Shown: piece after piece, positions 55,506-64,000 of the stretch
How the letters are laid out: each line of letters begins with the position of its first letter
Position numbering within the stretch: the stretch's first letter is position 1
Virus record (IMG/VR): IMGVR_UViG_3300033475_000012
Coordinates: 1 to 64,000 of that record
DNA from: a virus
Taxonomy: Duplodnaviria; Caudoviricetes
Reading direction: 5' to 3' (one strand)
Length of the DNA: 64,000 bases
The notes under the pieces: generated by a model
What the model was told of the DNA's origin: nothing
The model's input: only the letters and a program-made list of their open reading frames with translations
Database searches by the model: none
Program-made: the position numbers and the translations under genes

Positions 55506-56300
55506 TTAACAGTCAATCGCGTACTTTTTCAGGATTTGACTTAGTGCATCTTTGCCCAATGCCGTAATTTGCATCTTTGCGCCCCTCCCCTCGCCAATTT
55601 TACTGATATATCTTTTAGCCTGAAGTGTCCCGAAGGCGTTCTTTATCTTCCTAGTGCTTGACTGATAGGTTCTTTTGAATTTCTCCTTGTAGATAAAAGC
55701 AGTATTCTTGGCCTCCCCGTCAAAAAGAGATAAGAGAACATAAAATTCAGGGATAGTCACCCCGGTATTTACCGTCATTGTTTTACGGTTGGTCTCCCAG
55801 AAGGTCAGGAAACGGACGATATAGGCCAATTCCTTTTGGGATTGATCCACCTTATTGGGGGGGACGTTTTTGTTACGTAAAAGGTAGTTATAAGCCGGGG
55901 AGGTAGATAAAAAGTTGAGGTAATGGAAGGCGTTCACAAGCTCTTTATTTGCCAAAACCATTCGGTCTGCGACTAGTAGCTGTTCGGCAGATTGCAGGGA
56001 ATAATCCCGTTCAGGAGCCTTGGAAATAAGTGCCTGAAATTGTTCGACGCCTATGCCCTCTTGCTCATCTTCTATAACCAAAAAAAAGCGCTTTTTGAGC
56101 GCCCGTAGTAAAACAAACATTTTGGACAGAAACGACAGTCGGCTGGTTGATTTGGCATCCCATTCCCCTCCTTTTCGGAATAGCTTAAAGGCTATATCCC
56201 TTGGGAGGTCTATTTTAGCTTGCTCTGTTATCCCCTCTATCTGTCGGGCGAAATACAGATCCAAACTTTCGCAAGATATGTCAAGAATAGTTTTTTGCAC
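55506..56300 (-). CDS. putative transcription regulator with C-terminal winged helix (MarR-like)
   Basis: 'KNAFGTLQAKRYISKIGEGRGAKMQITALGKDAL' wing motif. Confidence 0.6.
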   Translation of the reverse strand: MQKTILDISCESLDLYFARQIEGITEQAKIDLPRDIAFKLFRKGGEWDAKSTSRLSFLSKMFVLLRALKKRFFLVIEDEQEGIGVEQFQALISKAPERDYSLQSAEQLLVADRMVLANKELVNAFHYLNFLSTSPAYNYLLRNKNVPPNKVDQSQKELAYIVRFLTFWETNRKTMTVNTGVTIPEFYVLLSLFDGEAKNTAFIYKEKFKRTYQSSTRKIKNAFGTLQAKRYISKIGEGRGAKMQITALGKDALSQILKKYAIDC

Positions 56301-57027
56301 TATGTCTTTTGTTTTCAGTTTTATAGATAGGCGAAAAAACCTTCCCGGTAATTTTACTCCATTTTCTGCCTGTTTTTATTTGCCCTATTAAATGGATATT
56401 AACGCCATATTTTTGTGAAATGTCTTTATAGCTCATATTGGCGTTAAAAATAGTCAAAACCATTTCTTCAGACAAGTACTTAACGTCTTTTTTGATGTAC
56501 TTAGCACCTGTGACGCGATGCCAAATTTTCCCAATCTTAATATTGGAAATGTTTTGCTCAGTCGTATGATAAATAACCGATAATTCTGTTGGAGTTAATT
56601 CAGAATGATATATCTCAATGACTTGTGTTTTAGTGAGTTTAGAATCTCGATGGGTATGCCCGACCAATGAAGTCAATCCATTATCCAAAGCATGAATAGT
56701 GTTTTCTGAATAAGTAACCCATTCTATATTGGAGACACGATTATCACTGGGAATGGCGTTTATATGATTAACGCAGGGCTTGTTTAATGGATTGGGGATA
56801 AAAGTATTAGCTACAAGCCGGTGAACCTGCTCGCTCTTTGTTGTGCTCACCCACACACGGATATATCCCGGCTTGTTCTTTCTGCCCAACAATATTCTTC
56901 CTTTGACTGGCTTTTTCGCCCCTCTTTTTGTAATCAATACTCTATCTATGCTCCTAATACGACCCATATTGGAACATTGAAGCCTATCCTCATACCCTTT
57001 GCACGGAAGCCAAATCTCATTATCCAT
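56281..57027 (-). CDS. NUMOD4-HNH homing endonuclease with two C-terminal HTH modules
   Basis: 'EIWLPCKGYE', 'VHRLVANTFIPNP..CVNHINAIPSDNRVSNIEW'. Confidence 0.9.
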   Translation of the reverse strand: MDNEIWLPCKGYEDRLQCSNMGRIRSIDRVLITKRGAKKPVKGRILLGRKNKPGYIRVWVSTTKSEQVHRLVANTFIPNPLNKPCVNHINAIPSDNRVSNIEWVTYSENTIHALDNGLTSLVGHTHRDSKLTKTQVIEIYHSELTPTELSVIYHTTEQNISNIKIGKIWHRVTGAKYIKKDVKYLSEEMVLTIFNANMSYKDISQKYGVNIHLIGQIKTGRKWSKITGKVFSPIYKTENKRHSAKNYS

Positions 57028-57238
57028 TATATTCAGGATTAGGTATTTGTTTTAATACTTTGCCGCCATGTGGACAACCACAGTTTTCTACGACAAATAG
57101 AAACCGACCGCAATCACATTGCGAATTATCATATTTTAAGTCGTTGGCCAGCGGCATGTACCCGTCCACCCCATGAAACTCAAGGCACTTTCTTTTGGCC
57201 GGTTGTTCAGTTTGCTGCTGGTTGTTGGCCCAATTCAT
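57020..57238 (-). CDS. small Cys-rich (metal-binding?) protein
   Basis: 'CDCG...CGCPH'. Confidence 0.55.
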   Translation of the reverse strand: MNWANNQQQTEQPAKRKCLEFHGVDGYMPLANDLKYDNSQCDCGRFLFVVENCGCPHGGKVLKQIPNPEYNG

Positions 57239-58229
57239 TTTTTCTTGTTTGAATAAAGTTAAGGATATTTTCCAATCTTACGCGCCAGGAGTGGTGTTTT
57301 AAGACCCATTCCCGGCCAACCTTAGCCAGTTCTTCCCGTTCTGCATCGTTTTTCAAGAGTCGGTCAATCTCCGTTTTTAGCATATCAAAGTCCAACCAAG
57401 TCTTTATTACGTTCTTATTGAAGTCTTGGTTTATGCCGTAGTAGTATTGGGAGATAGTCGCGCAACCGCAGCCCATGGCTCTCCAAATTCGGTCTGAAGT
57501 ATATCCCCGGCGATTGAACTGGTTTTGAGTAATGGCTATTTTTGCAGTATTGTAAATGGCTATTTCATCATTCTTTTCTGCAATTCGGGAATGTCCGCCC
57601 CAGCCCATGCCGTAAACAGCGAACCTATTCCCGTATTCATTTCTCAAAAAATCAACCATTTCTACCCGTTGTTGAGCCAAAGGAAATTCATCTTTCAGAG
57701 AGGATGTAGTATAATTTCCGCCAATGAATACTATTTCAGGAAATGGGAACACCTTCTTTTCATCTCCTATTTTATAGGAGGTTATCAACTCAGGCTGAGG
57801 CGAATAAACATCATAATCGGCTGCACTATTCGACCACATTACGTTATTGAATCCGGCCCTCTTTAACTCGTCTACCGTTTCCATATCTCCTACCACAACT
57901 AATCCTAAATGCGGTGCTAAGTCTTTTATCCATCCTATGTCCTGTCTAACGTCGAACGAAAAAAGAACCGTGAATGTTTTTTCGGGAAGCGAATGTAATA
58001 AGTCAGCGTCTAAATTTCCGCCAGATTGAACATGGAGAAATAACAAATCCGGCTCTTCCATATGCGCCTTTGCAATAAGCCTTTCCCACATGCCTATGAT
58101 TCCTTCATTTGCTTTTACGGACTGCCAATTAAAGACACTCACCTCTTCAAATAGTTCTTTCATGGCATTGGTGATGCCGGAAGATCTATAAGAAGGGCTT
58201 TCGATAGCGCAGTGCAGTATTGACTTCAT
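57207..58229 (-). CDS. glycosyltransferase, CgeB/Glyco_trans_1_2-like (GT-B)
   Basis: 'IYNTAKIAI', 'SDRIWRAMGCG', 'WVLKHHSWRVR'. Confidence 0.8.
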   Translation of the reverse strand: MKSILHCAIESPSYRSSGITNAMKELFEEVSVFNWQSVKANEGIIGMWERLIAKAHMEEPDLLFLHVQSGGNLDADLLHSLPEKTFTVLFSFDVRQDIGWIKDLAPHLGLVVVGDMETVDELKRAGFNNVMWSNSAADYDVYSPQPELITSYKIGDEKKVFPFPEIVFIGGNYTTSSLKDEFPLAQQRVEMVDFLRNEYGNRFAVYGMGWGGHSRIAEKNDEIAIYNTAKIAITQNQFNRRGYTSDRIWRAMGCGCATISQYYYGINQDFNKNVIKTWLDFDMLKTEIDRLLKNDAEREELAKVGREWVLKHHSWRVRLENILNFIQTRKNELGQQPAAN

Positions 58230-58233
58230 GTTA

Positions 58234-59094
58234 TTAATAATTTAACCATGCTAATGGGTCTGGCTTGGCGATCTTATTTAATATTATTTCTCTGTTCTTT
58301 TCAAAGGTATAGTATTCCTTAAATATTTCAGCACCTCGTTCTTGCTTTTTGATTATTTCGGCATGGGATATAGAATGAAGTATTTGTTCAAGCCTTGGTA
58401 ATTCTTCCTCTTTAACCAATACCCCGTATTCATTGAAGTCTATCCAATGAGGTTGGACGTGAGTATCCGACAAATATACCGGAATGCTACCGTATTCTAG
58501 GGCCTCCAATATACGAAAGGAGCTGGCCCCGCACCCACGGGGGCATATTGTATAAGTCGATTTTGCAAGGATTTGACAGAAGTCTCTAAGCGGGTGTTGA
58601 GCCTCGGATACATAAATACTACGGCCGCTGAAATCTCTCAAAAGCCGCTGGCGAATCGGATGAGTGTTACGCCCGATAAAATTAGCAAAAAGGCTTTTCT
58701 GGATACCGACCTTAAAATTATGCGGCGCACACAATAATGGCAACGGATAGTCTATTCTGCCTCCACTCATCCCAAAACATAATATATCCAAATCTTTGAA
58801 ATCGACCATAGGCCCTAAGTCGAATTGATGAATACAGTAATACTTCTTTGAACGATCCAAGGTGTCAACAAAGTCTTGGAGCCTTTTTACGGCCGCCTTA
58901 TCCTCCCCAAATTTATGTGTAACTAAATAGCCGTTAAAGAAAATGGGCAAATATTCCCGTTCCGTCTCCCCTGGCATGTACGGGTAATTGTCATAGAACC
59001 ACTCTTCAAAGTTGATTTTATTATCCGAAGGATAAGGAAAACTTTGACGAATCCTAAACTCAGGTGGTACTCCGTAATGTGATTTCCAGTTCAT
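58234..59094 (-). CDS. exostosin-family (GT47) glycosyltransferase
   Basis: 'YTICPRGCGASSFRILEALEYGSIPVYLSD'. Confidence 0.85.
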   Translation of the reverse strand: MNWKSHYGVPPEFRIRQSFPYPSDNKINFEEWFYDNYPYMPGETEREYLPIFFNGYLVTHKFGEDKAAVKRLQDFVDTLDRSKKYYCIHQFDLGPMVDFKDLDILCFGMSGGRIDYPLPLLCAPHNFKVGIQKSLFANFIGRNTHPIRQRLLRDFSGRSIYVSEAQHPLRDFCQILAKSTYTICPRGCGASSFRILEALEYGSIPVYLSDTHVQPHWIDFNEYGVLVKEEELPRLEQILHSISHAEIIKKQERGAEIFKEYYTFEKNREIILNKIAKPDPLAWLNY

Positions 59095-60260
59095 TTATAT
59101 TTCCATTTAAATCCGTACGCTGTTTTCTTAACCCCAGAACACACCCTTACTATGCAAGACGTATCTGATCGCCCAAAAGACAGAGCCGCATCTAATGCAG
59201 AATCCCAATCTTTAATAAATTCGTTTTCTTTTGAAAATTGTTGTATCGGCCTTTTGTGCCCGTATCTTGGTGACATATTCAGTGTAGACTCGTCTTCCAA
59301 ATATTTCCAAAAAAATCCACCGGCGGTTCTGCCCTTTTTCTTACAACAATCTTTTATGTGGCTAGGGCATAATGACAAACAATCAGCGGCTATTTTTATA
59401 CTATCAAAAGACCTTACAAAATCACCAGACATGGAAAATTGACTGACCCTTCTATAGTTTGATGTTTTCTTCCTTTTAAATTGTACGCTTTCACTCGGGG
59501 AAGAACCGGAATACGCCCAGAAAAAACCGCCTACTGATTTTTGCCTATTATTACAACATCGACTAATACTTCCGGCGTTTATATTTAAAGACCTCGCTGC
59601 ATCAATCATGGAATCCCATTTCTTAATAAAAATTAGCCCAATGCCGAACTGATAAACGGACTTAGAATATGGGTTTAGATGTCCCAACCTACCAACAGAC
59701 ATCTTTTTATAAAAGATGGGGTTACCCCAATTTTTCTTAGAAACCACGGAACAACCCATCCGCCTTTCACTGGTAAATACTTGTGGCTTTCTAACCAGAG
59801 CGTCCATGACTTTTCTTTTCTTATCAGACCATCCAACACCCCTTCGCATAGAGGAAAAGAGAGCTTTTGTTTCATCGGAATGCTTTCGACCAAACCAAGG
59901 ATTTAAAACACCTATTTTGCCCTTCATGTGTCTGCCCATCTTAGCCCTGCTTTCATCAGACATTTTTGACCCAAGTCTACCGCCATTCATCAAGTTTAAT
60001 CCGACAGAAGAATTAAAGGAGTTGTATTTGTCTATATAATATGTCTCGTAATAATTTAAAGAATCCTCGCTACAATAAATCAACACTTCAAACAAATGTG
60101 CATCCCACCCGTATTTTTTTATAGAATTATACAGCTTGGGTTGACTTTTACACTGGACATTGGCATAGTTTCTTTTCCGTTTAGCTAGATTAATTGATTG
60201 ACCAATATATATTCGTCCAGAGGGAGATGTTATTTTATATATTCCGATGAGCCTATTCAT
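59091..60260 (-). CDS. GIY-YIG homing endonuclease with NUMOD3 and three NUMOD1 repeats
   Basis: 'GIYKITSPSGRIYIGQS'; three 'V.QF....F...W.S...AA..L....I..CC......AGGFFW' units. Confidence 0.9.
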   Translation of the reverse strand: MNRLIGIYKITSPSGRIYIGQSINLAKRKRNYANVQCKSQPKLYNSIKKYGWDAHLFEVLIYCSEDSLNYYETYYIDKYNSFNSSVGLNLMNGGRLGSKMSDESRAKMGRHMKGKIGVLNPWFGRKHSDETKALFSSMRRGVGWSDKKRKVMDALVRKPQVFTSERRMGCSVVSKKNWGNPIFYKKMSVGRLGHLNPYSKSVYQFGIGLIFIKKWDSMIDAARSLNINAGSISRCCNNRQKSVGGFFWAYSGSSPSESVQFKRKKTSNYRRVSQFSMSGDFVRSFDSIKIAADCLSLCPSHIKDCCKKKGRTAGGFFWKYLEDESTLNMSPRYGHKRPIQQFSKENEFIKDWDSALDAALSFGRSDTSCIVRVCSGVKKTAYGFKWKYK

Positions 60261-60891
60261 TGCTCAAATGTTTTCTAACATAAAAAGCGTCCGTCCACGC
60301 ATCGCCAACCCAAGGGCCAGTTTCAACTCTTTCGAAATCAGAAAGAATCGTATCTATTTCTTCTACAAGAGCGTTCCCAGAATAAACAGATTTTTTATTT
60401 ATCTCGGTATAAACCCAATTTATTTGTCTAAGAGTTTTTAAACCGCCCGACAAGACTCTGTTTTCATATCCCTGACAATCCAAGACAAGGAGGTCATATC
60501 CCTTGTTTATTAATCCAAGATTATCAAGAATATCAACATCTACCAATTCTTCATCAGTAAATTTTACCGAATCGTGAAGAATAAGATGTAGGTCTGGGCG
60601 AAGAATACTATTCGATTGCCCGTGGTTGACTGTATTATCCCCGGTATACATCGTCACATCCACTTGCGATTTGTCGCCGCAAGCCAGATTAAACAATTTG
60701 ATATTCTCCATTCCAAAGAACTTCTTATGAAGAACACCGAAGGCTGCCGCACAGGGCTCGATAAGCGCCATTCGTTTTATACCTACCGCCACATAATCGT
60801 CGTACTCTTCACAAAAGTGAGCGCCGCAAACGATTACTCCATTTGCATTGATGTTATACTTTTTTACAAGTTCTTTGAAGTTAAGGAGCAT
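60253..60891 (-). CDS. FkbM-family SAM methyltransferase
   Basis: 'CGAH..EE', 'IEP', 'LVLDCQGYE..VL.G', 'YTEIN'. Confidence 0.85.
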   Translation of the reverse strand: MLLNFKELVKKYNINANGVIVCGAHFCEEYDDYVAVGIKRMALIEPCAAAFGVLHKKFFGMENIKLFNLACGDKSQVDVTMYTGDNTVNHGQSNSILRPDLHLILHDSVKFTDEELVDVDILDNLGLINKGYDLLVLDCQGYENRVLSGGLKTLRQINWVYTEINKKSVYSGNALVEEIDTILSDFERVETGPWVGDAWTDAFYVRKHLSNE

Positions 60892-60892
60892 C

Positions 60893-61540
60893 TTACTTTC
60901 TTTTTATAACGATTAGTTTTTCATACGCACATATCTCTACTGAGTCAATTAGTTTTTTGAATATGGCTGAATCTTCAGAAGTAAAGTACGGATTTACTAT
61001 CTCTCCTGTTTTTAAAAATTCTTTGAACATATGCAAGGGGGTGTCTTCAAACCTATGCACCAATCCGCCCCAATAAAAGGAGTCCAAATTGCAGTGGCAG
61101 TCTTCAATATAATAGATTCCGCCTTCGGTCATTTTACCCCAAAATATCTCTTTGAAGGAAACAATCTGATGATGTGCGTTATGACTACCATCATCCACAG
61201 CCACTTCGTATTTGCCGGGAAGCGATCGAAGTAGATTGACGTCTGATTGATCCCCTTGTATAGGGTAGAATCCTTGGTTCCGACACCATCGTGCGCTAAC
61301 AAACTCAGGATTCATGAACAAATCCAAACAATGAATATCCACCTCATTTGCGCCGAAAATGTCATTCCATATTTTCAGCGATTGCCCTCTGGCAACGCCT
61401 ATTTCCAACAAAGTCCGACACGACTCGGGTAGTGTTCTGGAATAAACCTCCCAATACCCATGCTCTCCTTTGTCGGTATTAAGCCATCGATTTAGAAAAC
61501 CAAAACGAGCAAGCCTTATTTCCTGTATAGTCTTATCCAT
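60893..61540 (-). CDS. class I SAM methyltransferase (sugar O-methyltransferase-like)
   Basis: 'LLEIGVARGQSLKIW', 'GDQSD', 'DDGSH', 'GGIYYIED'. Confidence 0.85.
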   Translation of the reverse strand: MDKTIQEIRLARFGFLNRWLNTDKGEHGYWEVYSRTLPESCRTLLEIGVARGQSLKIWNDIFGANEVDIHCLDLFMNPEFVSARWCRNQGFYPIQGDQSDVNLLRSLPGKYEVAVDDGSHNAHHQIVSFKEIFWGKMTEGGIYYIEDCHCNLDSFYWGGLVHRFEDTPLHMFKEFLKTGEIVNPYFTSEDSAIFKKLIDSVEICAYEKLIVIKRK

Positions 61541-61543
61541 AGG

Positions 61544-62377
61544 TTAGTATTTTATTCTATGCCATCGAGGAGGCATAATATCCATGGTAGCCAATGCCGA
61601 ATTATCGGGTCCAAAGTAATTGTCTTCATGCGGACAAACCACCATAATTGAATGTCTATTTAAGATGCCAGCCAAAACAGAAAAGCTACTATTAGATGTT
61701 ACCAAAAAAGGACAGTTGCACATGGCTATAAAATCATCTTGCGTAGTCCCTATTGAAAATGAAAATTGATCTTCAGAACTAATAAAATATTTTTTCACAA
61801 ATCCTCTACAGTATGGAATGTCGTCTGAACAAAACATGAATTTGGGAAGTCTCACCCATGAAGATGTGAAATTATTTTGAATAAAATGAATGGCAGATAG
61901 CAAATATTCATCTGTAACGACCGGATGTTTTGTTGAATATTGTAAGTAATCGCCCCTTCTGACATGAATAATAACCATCTCTGTGTTATACTCAGCATTA
62001 TGATAGCCTATTGATAAGTTAAATTCATTTATAAGATTAGACTGCCACCCATCAATATACCGCCAACTTTGAAAGTATCCTGTCCTAATATCCTTTGTCC
62101 CGATCATTATGTTTTTATCTCTCCACTCTTCTTTGAAAGGCAGTTCGACGAATGAGTGCCGCCCATCATTTACTTCAACTATTTCAAGATCGGGATTCCA
62201 ATTTGGATTTTGTAAGTGCTGGTGATAAGTCGGCCAAACTGATGGGGCTAGCGATTCTTTTGGCGCGCAATACTCTAATCCATGCTTTTTAGCATAAACC
62301 CACCCCGTCATTTGCTGCCAAGTCGAGTTGGCGAAACGCCCTTTCGTAAATACGCTTACCATTACGCTTTGGTCCAA
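61544..62377 (-). CDS. GT11 alpha-1,2-fucosyltransferase-like
   Basis: 'GRFANSTWQ', 'IHVRRGDY', 'SDDIPYC', 'NSSFS'. Confidence 0.85.
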   Translation of the reverse strand: MDQSVMVSVFTKGRFANSTWQQMTGWVYAKKHGLEYCAPKESLAPSVWPTYHQHLQNPNWNPDLEIVEVNDGRHSFVELPFKEEWRDKNIMIGTKDIRTGYFQSWRYIDGWQSNLINEFNLSIGYHNAEYNTEMVIIHVRRGDYLQYSTKHPVVTDEYLLSAIHFIQNNFTSSWVRLPKFMFCSDDIPYCRGFVKKYFISSEDQFSFSIGTTQDDFIAMCNCPFLVTSNSSFSVLAGILNRHSIMVVCPHEDNYFGPDNSALATMDIMPPRWHRIKY

Positions 62378-63093
62378 TTTTTATAAGTCATCCCTAGTAC
62401 TATTTTATTTACTGCGGCCCTTCCGATGTTCATATCTTTTGCAATTATAAATTGTGGCACTCCACTTTTATATTTTTTCATCACTTTTTTCACTTGAGAT
62501 TCTTTAAGTTTAAGATTGTTTTTGGCTTCCCTCCATTCATGGCCAAGATTTTTGGTCATAAAACCCCAAGTCCTCCCACCTCTAACGTTATTTATGCAGC
62601 TTATGGTTACTCCATACTTTTTTGCCAATTCACGTTCGGTATACTCCCCAGTAGAGTATAATTTAAGCATTTCGACGACTTGTTGCTCGCTTAATTTAGC
62701 ACCGGGGCCTTTTTCACCTAAATGACACTGTAATCCAGTAGCTATGGCATGTCTTTGGTTTTCCAGCTTAGTGGCCCATTCAAGATTAACAGCCCTGTTG
62801 TCCCATTTTATTCCATTTTTGTGATTAATTTGAGACTTTTTACTAGGGTTCGGTTTAAAAGCTTTTCCAACCAGCCTATGAACAAGACGCCCATGCTCCT
62901 TTTTGTCTTTAAATAAAGAAACTCTTACGTAATCGTCTTTGCTTGGTTTTAGCTTAAGATGTATCCCCTTTTTAATATATCTGCCCCCATATGGAAGATA
63001 CCCAATAAATCTATCCAATGACCTAACTCGACCCAGATTACTTATTTCGTAATACCCAGTAAACCCCCATATTGGTTTCCAAATTTCTTTCAT
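62362..63093 (-). CDS. NUMOD4-HNH homing endonuclease
   Basis: 'EIWKPIWGFTGYYEISNLGRVRS', 'INHKNGIKWDNRAVNLEW'. Confidence 0.9.
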   Translation of the reverse strand: MKEIWKPIWGFTGYYEISNLGRVRSLDRFIGYLPYGGRYIKKGIHLKLKPSKDDYVRVSLFKDKKEHGRLVHRLVGKAFKPNPSKKSQINHKNGIKWDNRAVNLEWATKLENQRHAIATGLQCHLGEKGPGAKLSEQQVVEMLKLYSTGEYTERELAKKYGVTISCINNVRGGRTWGFMTKNLGHEWREAKNNLKLKESQVKKVMKKYKSGVPQFIIAKDMNIGRAAVNKIVLGMTYKNWTKA

Positions 63094-63797
63094 AGTTCAA
63101 TAATCATCTTTTCTATCTCAGAAACTTTTTTCATATTTTCATTGAGGTCTTTTAGGAAGCCAGATTCCGAATGTTGGAGGTGATCATATTGCATTCCCGG
63201 AACGACATATAGACTACCCCCGGCTTTTAACCATAGATAGTTGAAGAATATAGTATCCGAAGCTAGGATTGACGGATCGTGTCGATATACCTTGCAATAA
63301 GCCTCACGCGGCACTACATAGTTGGCGGTGTTACACATACAGCGAAACATGGGGTTATCCATAAATCCTTTAGCATTCTCTTTCGTAAAGGACATGCTGG
63401 CAAACTCTCTGTAATCGAAGGACGGGCGCGCCCATTCTGGACAGAAAATCGTTCCGCTCATTGCGTCTGGTTCGGCCCCATTCAATTCGGCGTATAAAGC
63501 ATCAAGGTAGCCGGGCGAAAAGGTGTTATCTGAATCCCATAGACAAACAAGCGGCATTGTACAGTGAGCCACTGCATCTGCCTTGTTTTTTGACATATTC
63601 ACGTTCTTGTACTGCTGAAAAAGAACCACCTTATCGTTATTCCGATAATAGTTACTTAATCGATGAAAGGAACCGTCTGTAGAGGCATCATCTGCGATAA
63701 TGATACTGTTTACTCGTTCATCATTCAACACCTGTTCGATGGCGTTTTTTGTCATCGACTCACGATTATACGTAGTTATTGCAATGTCAATTTTCAT
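63090..63797 (-). CDS. GT2 (GT-A) glycosyltransferase
   Basis: 'IAITTYNR', 'IADDASTDGS', DxD in 'WDSDN'. Confidence 0.9.
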   Translation of the reverse strand: MKIDIAITTYNRESMTKNAIEQVLNDERVNSIIIADDASTDGSFHRLSNYYRNNDKVVLFQQYKNVNMSKNKADAVAHCTMPLVCLWDSDNTFSPGYLDALYAELNGAEPDAMSGTIFCPEWARPSFDYREFASMSFTKENAKGFMDNPMFRCMCNTANYVVPREAYCKVYRHDPSILASDTIFFNYLWLKAGGSLYVVPGMQYDHLQHSESGFLKDLNENMKKVSEIEKMIIEL

Positions 63798-64000
63798 ACA
63801 AAAAAGTTACCGGAGGGTGCATCCAACGGTATCTCGTCCGGCCTGACGGCCTTTAGTGAAGTGTTGTCCCTCCGGTATCCTTATCGTTAAAAACTAATGC
63901 CTCTGTTTTTAACGAGATATCTTTGGATGCGGGACTAAGGTACAATCTTAGAGTTATTCTGCAAATTTAATTTTTGGGTATGTTTTTTAAAGGCTCCTTC

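Noticed and set aside
52746-63093. Group I introns around the homing endonucleases
   Set aside because: Flanking genes look complete with their own starts and stops, and there is no noncoding space for intron cores.
1-64000. Stop-codon reassignment, as in some crAss-like phages
   Set aside because: Code 11 gives dense, long ORFs with tight stop/start coupling, TAG and TGA serve as real stops, and no suppressor tRNA is visible.
1-64000. CRISPR array, DGR, integrase or IS element
   Set aside because: No regularly spaced repeats, reverse transcriptase, template/variable repeat pair, recombinase or transposase seen.

Overview
This is a 64-kb segment of a tailed dsDNA phage, probably podovirus-like, with a Crassvirales-like head/tail module. 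The host is most likely Bacteroidota: there are TAnnTTTG-type promoters, AT-rich starts without Shine-Dalgarno sites, and signal peptides followed by Gln. Standard code 11. No rRNA, CRISPR, integrase or reverse transcriptase was seen. Layout, left to right: small + strand early genes (to 2.8 kb); a bidirectional terminator; a minus-strand block with a YqaJ-type exonuclease and a coiled-coil protein; a ~1-kb structured noncoding array with two non-canonical tRNA-like RNAs; a lysis cassette; three fibre/spike-like proteins; a GNAT/C39 peptidase/ATP-grasp trio; three ejection proteins including a 2698-aa giant; tail and ring genes; major capsid, scaffold and portal; a triple-GroES fusion; TerL; and a six-enzyme glycosyltransferase/methyltransferase cassette interleaved with homing endonucleases. 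Main hypothesis (inference): all three fibre/spike proteins carry Sec signal peptides followed by Gln and are enriched in the Bacteroidota O-glycosylation sequon D-[ST]-[AILVMT] (25 of 87 Asp, versus 2 of 30 in a similarly Ser/Thr-rich virion protein without a signal peptide). The phage also encodes its own fucosyl-, glycosyl- and methyltransferases. Together this suggests a periplasm-routed, O-glycosylated tail-fibre pathway with a phage-edited glycan. Product calls come from motif recognition by eye; no database search was run.
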